Origin: a virus
Lineage: Duplodnaviria > Caudoviricetes
Direction: 5' to 3' (one strand)
IMG/VR virus record: IMGVR_UViG_3300042922_000736
Location: 1 to 63,835 of that record
DNA length: 63,835 nt
Part shown: positions 38,053-48,058 of the stretch, in pieces
Numbering within the stretch: the first letter of the stretch is position 1
Layout of the letters: every line of letters begins with the position of its first letter
The notes under the pieces: generated by a model
Database searches by the model: none
Told to the model about the DNA's origin: nothing
The model's input: the letters and a program-made list of their open reading frames with translations, nothing else
Made by a program: the position numbers and the translations under genes

Positions 38053-38624
38053 GCCCGCACCTCAGCGTTGTCATTCGCCGCCTCAAACTTCGTCGTCTCC
38101 AGCCCCCACGCCGTCCATCCCGGCCACGCTTGACGAGCGAACATCTCGAGATACGGCCCGGCCACCAGGCGCTCTATGCGCTCGTACTGCTCGTCCGGCT
38201 TGCGGCTGTGCTCACGGCGGAGTGCCCGGATGATCTGCCGCACTCCCTTGCCCAGCCGCTTGGGCTTGCCGCGCTTGAACAGGTGGCAGACCTCAGCCTC
38301 CTGCCGCGTCCAGTAGCCCATACCCATGCGCCCCTTGTCCCAGATGAAGGCGAGCGAGACCGGCTTGAAGCCCCACGCCGCGGCGACATCCATGGCCTCG
38401 CGCTGCAGGTGCGAAACGGTCCACATAAACAGCAGGCAATCGCGCGCCGACACCTCGGCGACGGGCAGCGCCTTGAGGTCGTCGAGCGACATCGTGCTGT
38501 AGGGCTGCACGCCCTGCGTCGGGGCCAGATGCGCGCCGCCATAGCTGGTGAATCGCCAGGGCGGATCCGCGAGCAGGCAGCCAAAGGGGCCTTGCGGCAA
38601 CGGCTCGTGCATGTTGCGCTCCAT
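38043..38624 (-). CDS. MT-A70 family adenine methyltransferase
   Basis: ADPPW, LFMW, HSRKP, LEMFAR. Confidence 0.9.
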   Translation of the reverse strand: MERNMHEPLPQGPFGCLLADPPWRFTSYGGAHLAPTQGVQPYSTMSLDDLKALPVAEVSARDCLLFMWTVSHLQREAMDVAAAWGFKPVSLAFIWDKGRMGMGYWTRQEAEVCHLFKRGKPKRLGKGVRQIIRALRREHSRKPDEQYERIERLVAGPYLEMFARQAWPGWTAWGLETTKFEAANDNAEVRACA

Positions 38625-40354
38625 CAGAAGGGTATCTCGTCGTCCAAGTCCGCCACTCGCGACGGACCACCCACAGCCCGCGCCAACTTCGGCGCCGGCT
38701 CGTAATTGTCGTTGGCGCCGCCGGGCTTCCAGTCAATGACGTCCTGGTACTTGCCGGCCGGCTTGAGCCGTACCTCCATGGTCGGCGCGAGCTCGTCCGC
38801 CCTACGCAGCCATTCCTCAACGCTGGCCGGGAACGGCCGGTCTCCGCCGTGCTTCGCCCAGTACCTATCTGCCTTCGACTTGGCGTAGCCGGTGTGCTGG
38901 GGGCACAACCATTCCCGTTGTGTCGACAGCCCAAGCCTGTAGTCCACCCTCACGCTCGGCGGCTTGGCGGGATCCTTGTTGATGTGCTCCCGGAACGTGC
39001 GGCCAACGACAGTGCGCCAGTCCTCCTGCGTGGAGATGATCACCGCCTCGCTGGGCTTGGCGGAATACTTCGGCGTGGTGTCGAATTCGAATTCGTGGCC
39101 GCAGCAGGTACAGATACGTGCCGCGGCATGGACGATTTCCTCGCAGGTCGGGCAGAGCTTAATCGGTGCTTGTCCGTCACCCTTCCCCGGAGTCCGCGGG
39201 GAAATCATGTCTACCGGGCCGTGCTCATCGATGTTGCCGGCGAAGTCCATGTAGCGGCAGTTGGGCTTGATCGACGACGCGATGGCCGCGCGCCTTGCTT
39301 CGGCCTCGACTGCATCCGGGTCGAACCCCGGCGGGTAAATGACACGCGTTCCGCGGCCGACGCGCTGGACGTAGCGGCTCGCCGAAAGGGTCTTGTAGAG
39401 ATCCACGATAAGGTCGACGCCGACGATATTGGTGCCGGTGGACAAGACGTTGTCATTGCTGAGCGCCCACAGCTTGCCAGCCTTCAGGGCCTCAATGAGG
39501 TTGCGGCGCTCGCCCTTCGGCGTCCTGCCGCTCACCACTTCGCAGCTTCGACCAGCCGCCCGGATAGCGTCGCGGATATGTGTGGCGTGCTCAATGCCGC
39601 GGCAGAAGAACAGTGCCTTGCGGCGATGCCCTTCGACGTCCAACACCTCCTCCACGATGCGCCGGTTCAACTCGTCGGTGTCGACGGCCTTGGTGTACTC
39701 GCCGAGCTTGTACTCGCCCATGGCGCGCCCAACGCCGGACAGGTCGTACTTCGTGCCGGTGGGCTTCGACGTGATGGGGCAGAGAAAGCCGTCGTCGATG
39801 CCACGCCGGATGCCGTATTCGTAGACGACCTTGTCAAATAGCCGGTCGTCGCCCTCATCCAGGCGGCCAGATGTGAGGCGGTACAGCGTGGCGCTGAACC
39901 CGGCGATCTTCATATCCGGGTTGATGGCTAGCAGATCGCTGATGAGCGACCTGTACATCGTGTTGCCGTCTTCCGGGACGGTGTGCACCTCGTCGATCTG
40001 CAGCAGGTCGACGCCGCCGATTTCCTTGGCCTTGTTCCATACGGTCTGCAGCTGGCCGTACAGCACTTGGGCGCGCGTGTTGCGCTGCCCAAGCGAAGCG
40101 GCATACACCCCCGCCGGCGCGAAAGGGGCGAGGCCGAGCATCTCCTTATAGTTGCCCTCGACGAGCTCCTGGACATGGGCGCAGTTCATGATACGCAGGT
40201 CTTTGTAGTCGTTGATAAGCTCAACGGCCTGCGTCGCCATGGTCATGGACTTCCCGGTCCCGGTCGCCATGTCGATGAGCGGATTCCCGCTTTCGCCGGA
40301 CCAGTAATCCAGCGTCGCGTCGATCGCCTCTCTTTGGTAGTAGCGCAGCGCCAT
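38624..40354 (-). CDS. SF2 helicase (RadD/YejH-like)
   Basis: LRYYQ, TGTGKS, DEVH, SAT, QRVGRGTR, CPTC. Confidence 0.9.
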   Translation of the reverse strand: MALRYYQREAIDATLDYWSGESGNPLIDMATGTGKSMTMATQAVELINDYKDLRIMNCAHVQELVEGNYKEMLGLAPFAPAGVYAASLGQRNTRAQVLYGQLQTVWNKAKEIGGVDLLQIDEVHTVPEDGNTMYRSLISDLLAINPDMKIAGFSATLYRLTSGRLDEGDDRLFDKVVYEYGIRRGIDDGFLCPITSKPTGTKYDLSGVGRAMGEYKLGEYTKAVDTDELNRRIVEEVLDVEGHRRKALFFCRGIEHATHIRDAIRAAGRSCEVVSGRTPKGERRNLIEALKAGKLWALSNDNVLSTGTNIVGVDLIVDLYKTLSASRYVQRVGRGTRVIYPPGFDPDAVEAEARRAAIASSIKPNCRYMDFAGNIDEHGPVDMISPRTPGKGDGQAPIKLCPTCEEIVHAAARICTCCGHEFEFDTTPKYSAKPSEAVIISTQEDWRTVVGRTFREHINKDPAKPPSVRVDYRLGLSTQREWLCPQHTGYAKSKADRYWAKHGGDRPFPASVEEWLRRADELAPTMEVRLKPAGKYQDVIDWKPGGANDNYEPAPKLARAVGGPSRVADLDDEIPF

Positions 40355-40764
40355 TAGGCAGCCTCGCGTGCGACGTGGTTATCATTCGCCCCGCGCCGCT
40401 CATGCCGGTAGCGCTGAGGCTTGGGCGCCTCGTACCAGAACGCCACCCGCGGAGGCTCGTGGTAGCAGGCCACGACGATAGGGTCGGCGTCGCGATATCG
40501 GCGCTCCGCCTTGCGCAGCGTGGCGCCGCTTTCCATGGCGGTGTCGATGATGAGCAACCGGCCAAGATGCGTCGGAACGACCGCGCCGTACGGGATGAAC
40601 GGCACGTGCAGGATGTGGCTGGCATAGACCGCTGCCACAGCGCCGCTGCGGCCGGGGCCGGTGACGCTGCCGACGTCGCCGTATGCCGTCGCGGGCTTGC
40701 CGTCATCGCCCGTCAGCAAGCCGCGGATACGGTCGGCGAACTCGGCTTCGCTCACGATCCTCAC
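40354..40764 (-). CDS. Phosphoribosyltransferase-fold protein
   Basis: GPGRSG and LIIDTAMESGATL (PRPP-loop-like). Confidence 0.6.
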   Translation of the reverse strand: MRIVSEAEFADRIRGLLTGDDGKPATAYGDVGSVTGPGRSGAVAAVYASHILHVPFIPYGAVVPTHLGRLLIIDTAMESGATLRKAERRYRDADPIVVACYHEPPRVAFWYEAPKPQRYRHERRGANDNHVAREAA

Positions 40765-41294
40765 GCCGCGGCCCTCCGCTCCGCGCCCATGCCCGCCACC
40801 AGCCGCTGCCGGGCCTCGCGCTCAAGCTGCTGTGCCCGCTGCCGCGAGATGCCCATGCTCTTGCCGACCTCCGTGAAGGTCTCGCCCACGGCCACCCTGG
40901 CAAGGATGGCGCCGCCACGGCCATTCAGGCGGCGGGCTATGAGGCTAAGGTCTGTGGACTGCTCCTGCGTGGCTGGCGTGCCGGTCATCGGTATGTCGTT
41001 GCGGGTCACGAACATGCGCTTGCGTTGTTCCTGCGTGCGATACGACTTGCAGATGTTGAGCATCTGCCACCGCAGGTACTCCCACGGCGCCGCGCCTCTG
41101 TAGTCCTGCCAATTCTTCAGGCAGTGGATGATGGTGTCGGTGACCAGGTCCTCACGTTCCTCGCCGCGGAAGCCGAGCCGGTAGGCAAGGCTCGACAGAC
41201 CGGGCCGGTACTGCATCAGCATCGCGTCGAAGGCCGCGGGGCGGGTGGCGGCGATGGAAGAAGGCGTAGGGGTGTTGTCGTTGTGTGCGTGCAT
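40761..41294 (-). CDS. ECF/sigma-70-like factor
   Basis: EDLVTDT region 2; TFTEVGKSMGISRQRAQQL region 4. Confidence 0.8.
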   Translation of the reverse strand: MHAHNDNTPTPSSIAATRPAAFDAMLMQYRPGLSSLAYRLGFRGEEREDLVTDTIIHCLKNWQDYRGAAPWEYLRWQMLNICKSYRTQEQRKRMFVTRNDIPMTGTPATQEQSTDLSLIARRLNGRGGAILARVAVGETFTEVGKSMGISRQRAQQLEREARQRLVAGMGAERRAAA

Positions 41295-41342
41295 CGGGGT
41301 GTCCTGCGTGGAGGGGGTGGCGGACTGGGCTGGTGCTGGATG

Positions 41343-41873
41343 TCAGGCGGCTTCCGCCGCCCAGCTACGACGCGCGATCTCGGCGCGGATGTCGTCTAGG
41401 TGCACCGGCGTGTAATTGGTCCGCTCGACGCAAACGCAGATGTGCCGCGGCGATGGCTCAGGCTTCTCGTGGATATGGCCGTGCACATTGAACCCCGTGC
41501 GCATCTGGTCCGACGCAAGCGGGATGTGGCTGCAGGTGAAGTCGTATTCCTTGAACACGCGCCATAGCTGCACGCGCTTGAAATGGGCGGACAGGTCGAA
41601 GCGCTTGATGTCGTCGTGGTTGCCAAGCACGAGGCGCTTCGAGCCGCGCAAGCGGGCCGCGATAACCGGCCAGCGTGACTTGTCGAAGGACACGTCGCCA
41701 AGGTGATAGACCTTGTCGCCGTCGCGCACGACGCTGTTCCATCGCTCAATCATGGTCTCGTCCATCTCCTCAACGGAGGCGAACGGACGGATGACACTGC
41801 CGGCCACGTCGCGGAACGTGAGGAAGTTGGCGTGGCTGAAATGCGTGTCGCTGGTGAAGAAGATGTTACCCAC
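41343..41873 (-). CDS. Calcineurin-like metallophosphoesterase
   Basis: SDTHF, HLGD, GNHD, HGHIH. Confidence 0.9.
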   Translation of the reverse strand: MGNIFFTSDTHFSHANFLTFRDVAGSVIRPFASVEEMDETMIERWNSVVRDGDKVYHLGDVSFDKSRWPVIAARLRGSKRLVLGNHDDIKRFDLSAHFKRVQLWRVFKEYDFTCSHIPLASDQMRTGFNVHGHIHEKPEPSPRHICVCVERTNYTPVHLDDIRAEIARRSWAAEAA

Positions 41874-42835
41874 TACGCAGCCTCCTCTGCCGCCTCGTTG
41901 TCGTTGTCGTTGCTGGCGCCGTCGGTCCAAAGCGTCCCATCGGCGAGCTCGTAGGTGATAGATTCCAGATCCGGGTCGCAATCGACCTGGCGGCCCGGCA
42001 CAAAGCCCGGATTAAAGAGATGCGCTGGGCACGATTCCCGCTGCTCGTCGAGCGAGAGCGGCTTTGACCAGCGAGCGCAAGACCACTGACAATCGCCGCC
42101 CCGCTCCGGCTGGACGTGGATGCATGAGCGGCACGTCACCCGCGGCATCTCGCGTTCATGGCAAACCGCGTGGTGCTTGCAGAGCAGGCACTTGTAGAAT
42201 TCAGGATCCTCCGAAAGCCGCGACGGCGGCGTGTCGGTGAATACGATGCGTTCGGCGCGCGCCAGAGTTCGCAGGCAATAATCGGCGTCGTAGTTGATGC
42301 GCTCGGCGTATCTGGCGTCGTCGTTCTTGTTCACAACGACGTATAGCGCACGGGACAGACCGAACATATGCATCCCAAGCTGCACCTGGGCGTAGTGCAA
42401 AGGTTTTGCGTCCTTGCACTTTTTGGCGACGATATCCCTGAAGTTCTTATCGTTGCTGCTCTTGAACTCGCAAAGGTGCTCCGTGACGGGCGCTTCCGGC
42501 ACGCCAATGGCCTTGCCGTCACACTTACCGCGGACGAACCCATGCACTAGCCGGATACGGTCCTGCTGCCCCCACACCTCAACCCCGATCGACTGCAGGT
42601 CGGCAACAAGCCGCTCTTCCCACATGTCGCCGGTGCGGAAGATGGAAATCTTCTGGCCGGTCAGTTCTTCCGGCTGGCTTGCCCACCTGAGCGAATAGAA
42701 CAGCGCCCGGTCGCACTCGTTGCCGATCTCGCCGACGCTGATGCCGAGCGAGTCATAGTGCTCGTTAGCGGCGACATACGCGGCATAGATCGCCTCGACC
42801 GTGGCGCTGGTGGTGGGTTGGGGTAGTGGGGCCAT
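41873..42835 (-). CDS. Cas4-like PD-(D/E)xK exonuclease
   Basis: C..RALFY, CDG, EFK, HYAQVQ, CxxC...C cluster ligands. Confidence 0.8.
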   Translation of the reverse strand: MAPLPQPTTSATVEAIYAAYVAANEHYDSLGISVGEIGNECDRALFYSLRWASQPEELTGQKISIFRTGDMWEERLVADLQSIGVEVWGQQDRIRLVHGFVRGKCDGKAIGVPEAPVTEHLCEFKSSNDKNFRDIVAKKCKDAKPLHYAQVQLGMHMFGLSRALYVVVNKNDDARYAERINYDADYCLRTLARAERIVFTDTPPSRLSEDPEFYKCLLCKHHAVCHEREMPRVTCRSCIHVQPERGGDCQWSCARWSKPLSLDEQRESCPAHLFNPGFVPGRQVDCDPDLESITYELADGTLWTDGASNDNDNEAAEEAA

Positions 42836-43080
42836 TAGGCGGGAAGCCCAGGCAAGGCTATGGGGCGCGCCCAATGTGTCGGGAAGTAGCTAAAGTCAGA
42901 CAACGCGTCATTCTGCACAGATAGCCAGCGGATAGGCCCACCGCGCGAGGGGCGATATTCCTCGTCATAGTAAGCGAGCTCTAGGAACTGCTTGTGCGTG
43001 ACATAGCCGCTTGGCCCGGTAACCATGACCAACTCGCGCTCTGGCGGGGCCATGTCTTCGATGCGATGCCAGTTCACCAT
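42835..43080 (-). CDS. DUF551-like protein
   Basis: WHRIED..P...PTHWARP. Confidence 0.6.
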   Translation of the reverse strand: MVNWHRIEDMAPPERELVMVTGPSGYVTHKQFLELAYYDEEYRPSRGGPIRWLSVQNDALSDFSYFPTHWARPIALPGLPA

Positions 43081-43504
43081 CACGCCGCCCTCCGTGCTTC
43101 TTCCGGCTCCGGCAACGTGACGGTGAAGCTGACGCTGGGGTACGTGGGCCTGCCGCCCTGCAGCAGCATCTCCAGCTTGTACTGGCGCTGGCATTCGGCG
43201 CTGTCGGCCCACTTCGGAAAGAACTCGCGCTCGAGCGCGGCAATGCCGTCGTCGATGCGGCCGGTCTTGAGCATGATGAGCGCGTCGAGGACGGCCTCCC
43301 GATTGGTATCGACGACATGCTCATAGATGTCGTCTTCCTCGTCGCCGATGATTTCAGCCTCAAGCCCGCGACGCTCCACCTCGTCAAGGATTTCGTCATC
43401 GGTAGCCTTGCGGATGGCGGCCCGCACCTCTTGGGTGCTCGCCGCGCTTCCTGCCGTCGAGCGCCAAGGCTCAATCGTGTTGGTGTCACACATGGCTTTT
43501 TCCC

Positions 43505-44557
43505 TCAAACCCGCATCGGCATTGCGACGGCGGTCAGATCCCCGCCCGCTGTGAACAGGATTGGCGAAAGCGGATCACCGAACCGCATCTCGACTTCCGC
43601 CGCACCGAACGCGGCCAGCGTCTCGACGAGGTAGGCGCCGTTGATCCCAACGCTGAACGGCTCGCCGCTGTACTCGGCCTCGATGTCTTCGCCGGCCTCG
43701 CCGCCAGCACCGCGGGCCGTGACCGTGATGGCGCCCGGCGCAATGTCGAGCCGCACCGACTTCGACAGCGTGTCCTGCACCGTCATGGCGAGCTCGGTGG
43801 CCTTGGTAAGCCGCACCTTGTCCACCCGCACCGCCAGCGGATTGCCTTCCGGCACGACGCGGGCATAGTCCGGAAACACCCCGTCCACGAGCTTCGACGT
43901 GAGCACGACGTCGCCTGCAGAAACGCGGATCTTGGAACCCGACAGCGCCACCGTGGCCGGGCCCTTGGGCAGCGCGGCAATGGCTTTCTTGGGCACGATC
44001 GACGCCGGCACGTAAACCGACACGTCGGTCTGGCGCTTGGCCAGCTTGTGGCCGTCGGTGGCGACGGCGACCAGCCCATCGCTGGTGTGATGCAGGTACA
44101 CGCCCCGCAGATAATACCGGGTCTCCTCGTCCGACTGCGCATAGGCAACCGGCGCGACGAGCGCGGCGAAGTCCGTCTCGAATTCGGCGGTGAACTCGCC
44201 GGCGTTGAGCGCCGGATAGTCGTCGGGGCTGACCGTGGCCAGCTTGGATCTGGACCGACCGGACTTCACGACAAGCGTGTCGCCGTCGACCTGCAGCGCG
44301 ACGCTGTCGCCGCTGAGGCGCTTGACGACGTCGCCGAGGCGGATGGCGTCAACTGCGGTGCAGCCTGGCAGCATGACCTCAGCCGGAGCCTTGACGGACA
44401 TTTCCATGTCCAGGTCGGTGGCGCGCACCGTGAGCGTGTCGCCGTCGGCGGACAGGTGCACGCAAGCGAGGATCGGGATGGTGTTGCGCCGCTCGACGAC
44501 ACGCGAGACAGCCGCAAGGGCTCGCGCCAGATCGGCGCGCTGAACTGTGATGTGCAT
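43505..44557 (-). CDS. dnaN: DNA polymerase III beta sliding clamp homologue
   Basis: TIPIL, ATDLD, ETRYYLRGV, VATDGHKL, FPDY.RV, MPMRV. Confidence 0.92.
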   Translation of the reverse strand: MHITVQRADLARALAAVSRVVERRNTIPILACVHLSADGDTLTVRATDLDMEMSVKAPAEVMLPGCTAVDAIRLGDVVKRLSGDSVALQVDGDTLVVKSGRSRSKLATVSPDDYPALNAGEFTAEFETDFAALVAPVAYAQSDEETRYYLRGVYLHHTSDGLVAVATDGHKLAKRQTDVSVYVPASIVPKKAIAALPKGPATVALSGSKIRVSAGDVVLTSKLVDGVFPDYARVVPEGNPLAVRVDKVRLTKATELAMTVQDTLSKSVRLDIAPGAITVTARGAGGEAGEDIEAEYSGEPFSVGINGAYLVETLAAFGAAEVEMRFGDPLSPILFTAGGDLTAVAMPMRV

Positions 44558-45763
44558 GGTGTGGGTCCTGTGCTGGTGGGCTAGCCGAAGAAATGGCCCG
44601 CGGCGGCAACAGCAACGGCGCCAACCAGCGAGAAGTAAGCGCCGATGATGACGGCAACGCCGAGCGACATCTTCATCTCGAAGAAGATCGCCGCGGCTGC
44701 GCCCATGATGATGATTGGTGCTGCTATGAGTAGTTCGCTCATTTCGGCTGCCCTTCCCGTACAGCGGCGAGGGTGGCGCGGGCTTTGCGGACCATGCCGG
44801 CCGTCAGCCACCATCCGTCATAGCCGACCAGCTTGTGGTCGTCGGGCCATGGCTCGTGCTCTTCTGCCCAAGCGGTTGACCGCTCTACGCGACATGCGGC
44901 AATCGCCTCCAGCGCCTCCACGAGGTTGTCGTGATTGTTGGCGGCGACGGCAGCGAACTCGAGATCCTGTTCGGATGCGGAGTTCTTGACGACGAACGGC
45001 CCCAAGCGCGCATGCATGTGTGCAGATGCGTGTCGGACATTCCACGGCGTAGGAGTGTGTTGCGGGCCCACCTCTCACCCCTCCTGCTCGGTGCTGCGGG
45101 TGCGGGCGGCGCGCTCTGCGATGAACGCTTCGGCGAACATGTACCGGGCCTTGGCGGCGGCACGTGCGGCGAGACACAGGAGCGTGTCTGTGTCGTGAGT
45201 GACCGAAAGCGGGTCGACGCCGACGAAGGTAGCCAGGGTATAAACGTTGCCGAACTCGAGGCTAGATATGTCGGCATGTACGGCGGCATAGTCCAGAAGG
45301 CTCATTCCTTCGCGTCGAGGATTGACAGGGCCGCAGCTATTGGCCGTCATGTTGGCGAACGCCGGCCCGCCGTCTTCTCTCGTGCTCATATCTCTCGTCC
45401 TACTCAGCCGCAGGAAGCGCGGCGATGAAGTTGACTGCGGCGTCCAGCGCCTCTTGCGCCGTTGCGGCTGGGAACCAGCGATAGGTGCTGGACGGCCCCC
45501 GCCGCCATTCGAGCGACACGCCCGGCACAGCACCGGCCCGAAACTCCAGGGCGGCCCTCGGCACCCGCAGTCCCTTGTCGCTCATGCGCGCTGGCAGGGC
45601 GTCGATGAGCGTCTGGATATCGGTGGCGGTTAGGGTCACGGTGTGGTGGCCTTGGTGCCGGGCACGTTGCGCCCGAACCACGACATGGTCTTCAGCGCAG
45701 GCCCCATGGCCCTAGCGCTCGCCAAGCAGGCCGCGTACAGCGCGGCACGCAGTTCTTCGTCAC

Positions 45764-46546
45764 TCATCGCGCCACGCGCTCCTCTTCCACCTTGAACCCC
45801 GGCACCTTCCGCAGCCCGCCACGCACCGCCTCATCGGCAAGCTGCTGTGTCGCGGCCAGCAGGCGTTCCGGCGCATAGCCCCACGCCCAATCGAGAGCCG
45901 CTTCCTGATTCACCATCTCGGCCGTCCACACGCTGCGCAGGCCGGTCTTGGTCGTGGCGGCCTTGTCGGCACGCTTCGCGACGCGCTCGATGTCCTGCGC
46001 GGCCTGGTACAGTTCCTCGGCCTTCTCGCGTTCTTCGAGATTGCCGCGGCTGGCCTGCATCGCGGCCTGTGCCGCAGCAGCCGCGTCAGCCGCTTCCTTC
46101 GCCAGTCGCTTGGCTTCGGCCCGGCGCTCGGCCTCCAGCTTGTTGCGCCACGGCGTCAGCAGCCCCTGCAGCGCCTCCTTGGCCAGCACGGCGCGGCCCG
46201 TGAGCTTCGTGGTCTTGCCGATAAGCGCGTTGTACCTGGACTGGATCTCGGCCGCGGCCTCATCCAGCGGGCGCTTCTCCTCCTTGCGCGCCTCGTCGGC
46301 GCGCTTCATGGCGTCGTTCACCATGTCGAGCAGCGCCGTCACGGCATCGGCCTGTTTCTCGTTGGCGATCGGCTCGCCGTCGGCCCAGTTCTTGGCCTCG
46401 TCGAACAGGTCTTCGATCTCTTGGCGGATGGTGTCGTAGGGAGTCGGTTCGTCCGCCGTCGGGTTGTTATGGCCAACCGCTCCCCAAGTGTCGGGCACAT
46501 GGCTCAGCTTCGGCGCGTATTTGTCTGCCACTGTCGCAACGTTCAT
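45764..46546 (-). CDS. Coiled-coil protein of the recombination module
   Basis: GHNNP, EAKNWADG, VPGF. Confidence 0.6.
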   Translation of the reverse strand: MNVATVADKYAPKLSHVPDTWGAVGHNNPTADEPTPYDTIRQEIEDLFDEAKNWADGEPIANEKQADAVTALLDMVNDAMKRADEARKEEKRPLDEAAAEIQSRYNALIGKTTKLTGRAVLAKEALQGLLTPWRNKLEAERRAEAKRLAKEAADAAAAAQAAMQASRGNLEEREKAEELYQAAQDIERVAKRADKAATTKTGLRSVWTAEMVNQEAALDWAWGYAPERLLAATQQLADEAVRGGLRKVPGFKVEEERVAR

Positions 46547-46600
46547 CTCATCCTCCGGCGTGTGCGGGGCGGCGCTCGGCCGCCCCTTCCCCGCTAAGCG

Positions 46601-47176
46601 TCACGCAGCGCGCTTGGCGCCCCACGGGCGGCTGCCGGCTGGCTTCGCCGCTGCCGCGGGCTGTGCCGCCGCAGGACGGGCCGCGGGGCGGTTATCGTTC
46701 GCGGCGGGCTTGGGGGCCTGAGCCGGCTGAGAGTCGTCGATGCCGGGAGCCGGGATGTCGTCGGAGTCCGGGAAGTAGTACCGCTTGATCTCGGCGCGGG
46801 CCGGGTACTGGCCGTCCTTCGACGGCTTACCGAGGCCGATCTTGGCGGTGTAGGATTTGAAGTGGAGGTCCTCACTTTCTTCGACGTCGTTGACGCCGAT
46901 GGCCCGGCAGAGCGAGGCGAACTGGCGCTGTCCGATTTCCTGCGCCTGCGGGCTCGGGTTCTCGAGGTTGAAGTTTGCGAACAGCTTGCGCCCCTCGTAT
47001 TCGACGGGCTCAATGACGCGGTTCGTCACCTTCAGGATGGTGCCTCTGCCGTCCTTGGTCGGCGAGACGTCGGACGCCTCGATTTCCAGGAGATAGACGC
47101 CGTTCGGGAGTTCGGAATAGTCGTTCTGCGTCGTGTCGTGGGCGGTCGCGTCAAAGCGCTGGCCGAGAGAAGCCAT
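46601..47176 (-). CDS. DUF669 family protein (putative ssDNA-binding)
   Basis: LPNGVY, GRKLF, FNLEN...IGQRQ; lies near the Sak4-like gene. Confidence 0.75.
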   Translation of the reverse strand: MASLGQRFDATAHDTTQNDYSELPNGVYLLEIEASDVSPTKDGRGTILKVTNRVIEPVEYEGRKLFANFNLENPSPQAQEIGQRQFASLCRAIGVNDVEESEDLHFKSYTAKIGLGKPSKDGQYPARAEIKRYYFPDSDDIPAPGIDDSQPAQAPKPAANDNRPAARPAAAQPAAAAKPAGSRPWGAKRAA

Positions 47177-47214
47177 AGGGTGTCTCCTAAGTGCTGCTGC
47201 TGTTGAGTGAGGGA

Positions 47215-48051
47215 CTACGCCGCGCGCAGAGTGTCGGCGATGCGCTGGAACTGGTCGGAGAGGTCGCGAAACGACGCGCCTACGGATAGGGTGACGTTGA
47301 GCGTGGTGGGGGTGGGCCCGACGAGCTCGAGGTTGCTCAGCAGCGGCCCGCGCGGCCAGCCAATGCCGTCGTCCCATTCGGCCTCAATGCTGCCGTCAGC
47401 CTCAATCGCGGTGATGCGACCGACCGCGCCAATACGTGAAGTATCGTGGACGTCGGGGTCGGCTCCGGTGTAGCGCACCCTATCCCCCACCTTGAACTTC
47501 GGCTTGGTCTCCGCTGCGGGCTCCGCAGCCGGGACCGGGGCGGGCTCGACGATGCGATAGGCGACGAACTGGTCGCTCCACAAGAGGGCGTCTGACGTGG
47601 CCTCCATAGGGAAGAACTCGCGGTCTTTGCGCTCCTCCAGCAGTAGCCACTGGACCTTGGCGCCAGGAGCAGGATTCCCGCCGCCGCGGTATTCGATCCA
47701 GCCGCTGGTGCCTTCCGGCACCCACGCCTCCACCTTCTCCACCGCCTCGACGGGCAGCCACGAGCCGATCTTGAGCAGCACGATGTCGCCCTTGGTGGAA
47801 TCGACCTCGGCGGTGTAGCTGCCGTCGGTGAACGGCTCGCCGGACTTCAGGCGGACGGTGTCGTTGGGGGAGACGTCGTAGGCAAGGACGTATTCGCGCC
47901 CCCACAACGGATAGTATTCGTCTTTGTCGTCGTAGACCCACACGACATCATTGTTCTGCACCTCACGCACTACGTATGTCTTGTTGGAGCTCACGTCGTG
48001 TACGTTGGCGGTCGGGCGAATCACATCACCCACTTTCACTACACTCATCAT
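47215..48051 (-). CDS. Hypothetical multi-domain protein (SH3-like modules)
   Basis: KVGDVI and FKVGDRV. Confidence 0.5.
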   Translation of the reverse strand: MMSVVKVGDVIRPTANVHDVSSNKTYVVREVQNNDVVWVYDDKDEYYPLWGREYVLAYDVSPNDTVRLKSGEPFTDGSYTAEVDSTKGDIVLLKIGSWLPVEAVEKVEAWVPEGTSGWIEYRGGGNPAPGAKVQWLLLEERKDREFFPMEATSDALLWSDQFVAYRIVEPAPVPAAEPAAETKPKFKVGDRVRYTGADPDVHDTSRIGAVGRITAIEADGSIEAEWDDGIGWPRGPLLSNLELVGPTPTTLNVTLSVGASFRDLSDQFQRIADTLRAA

Positions 48052-48058
48052 CCCCTCC

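Noticed and set aside
41873-42835. CRISPR-associated cas4
   Set aside because: Stand-alone Cas4-like exonuclease in a Sak4 recombination module, which is common in phages
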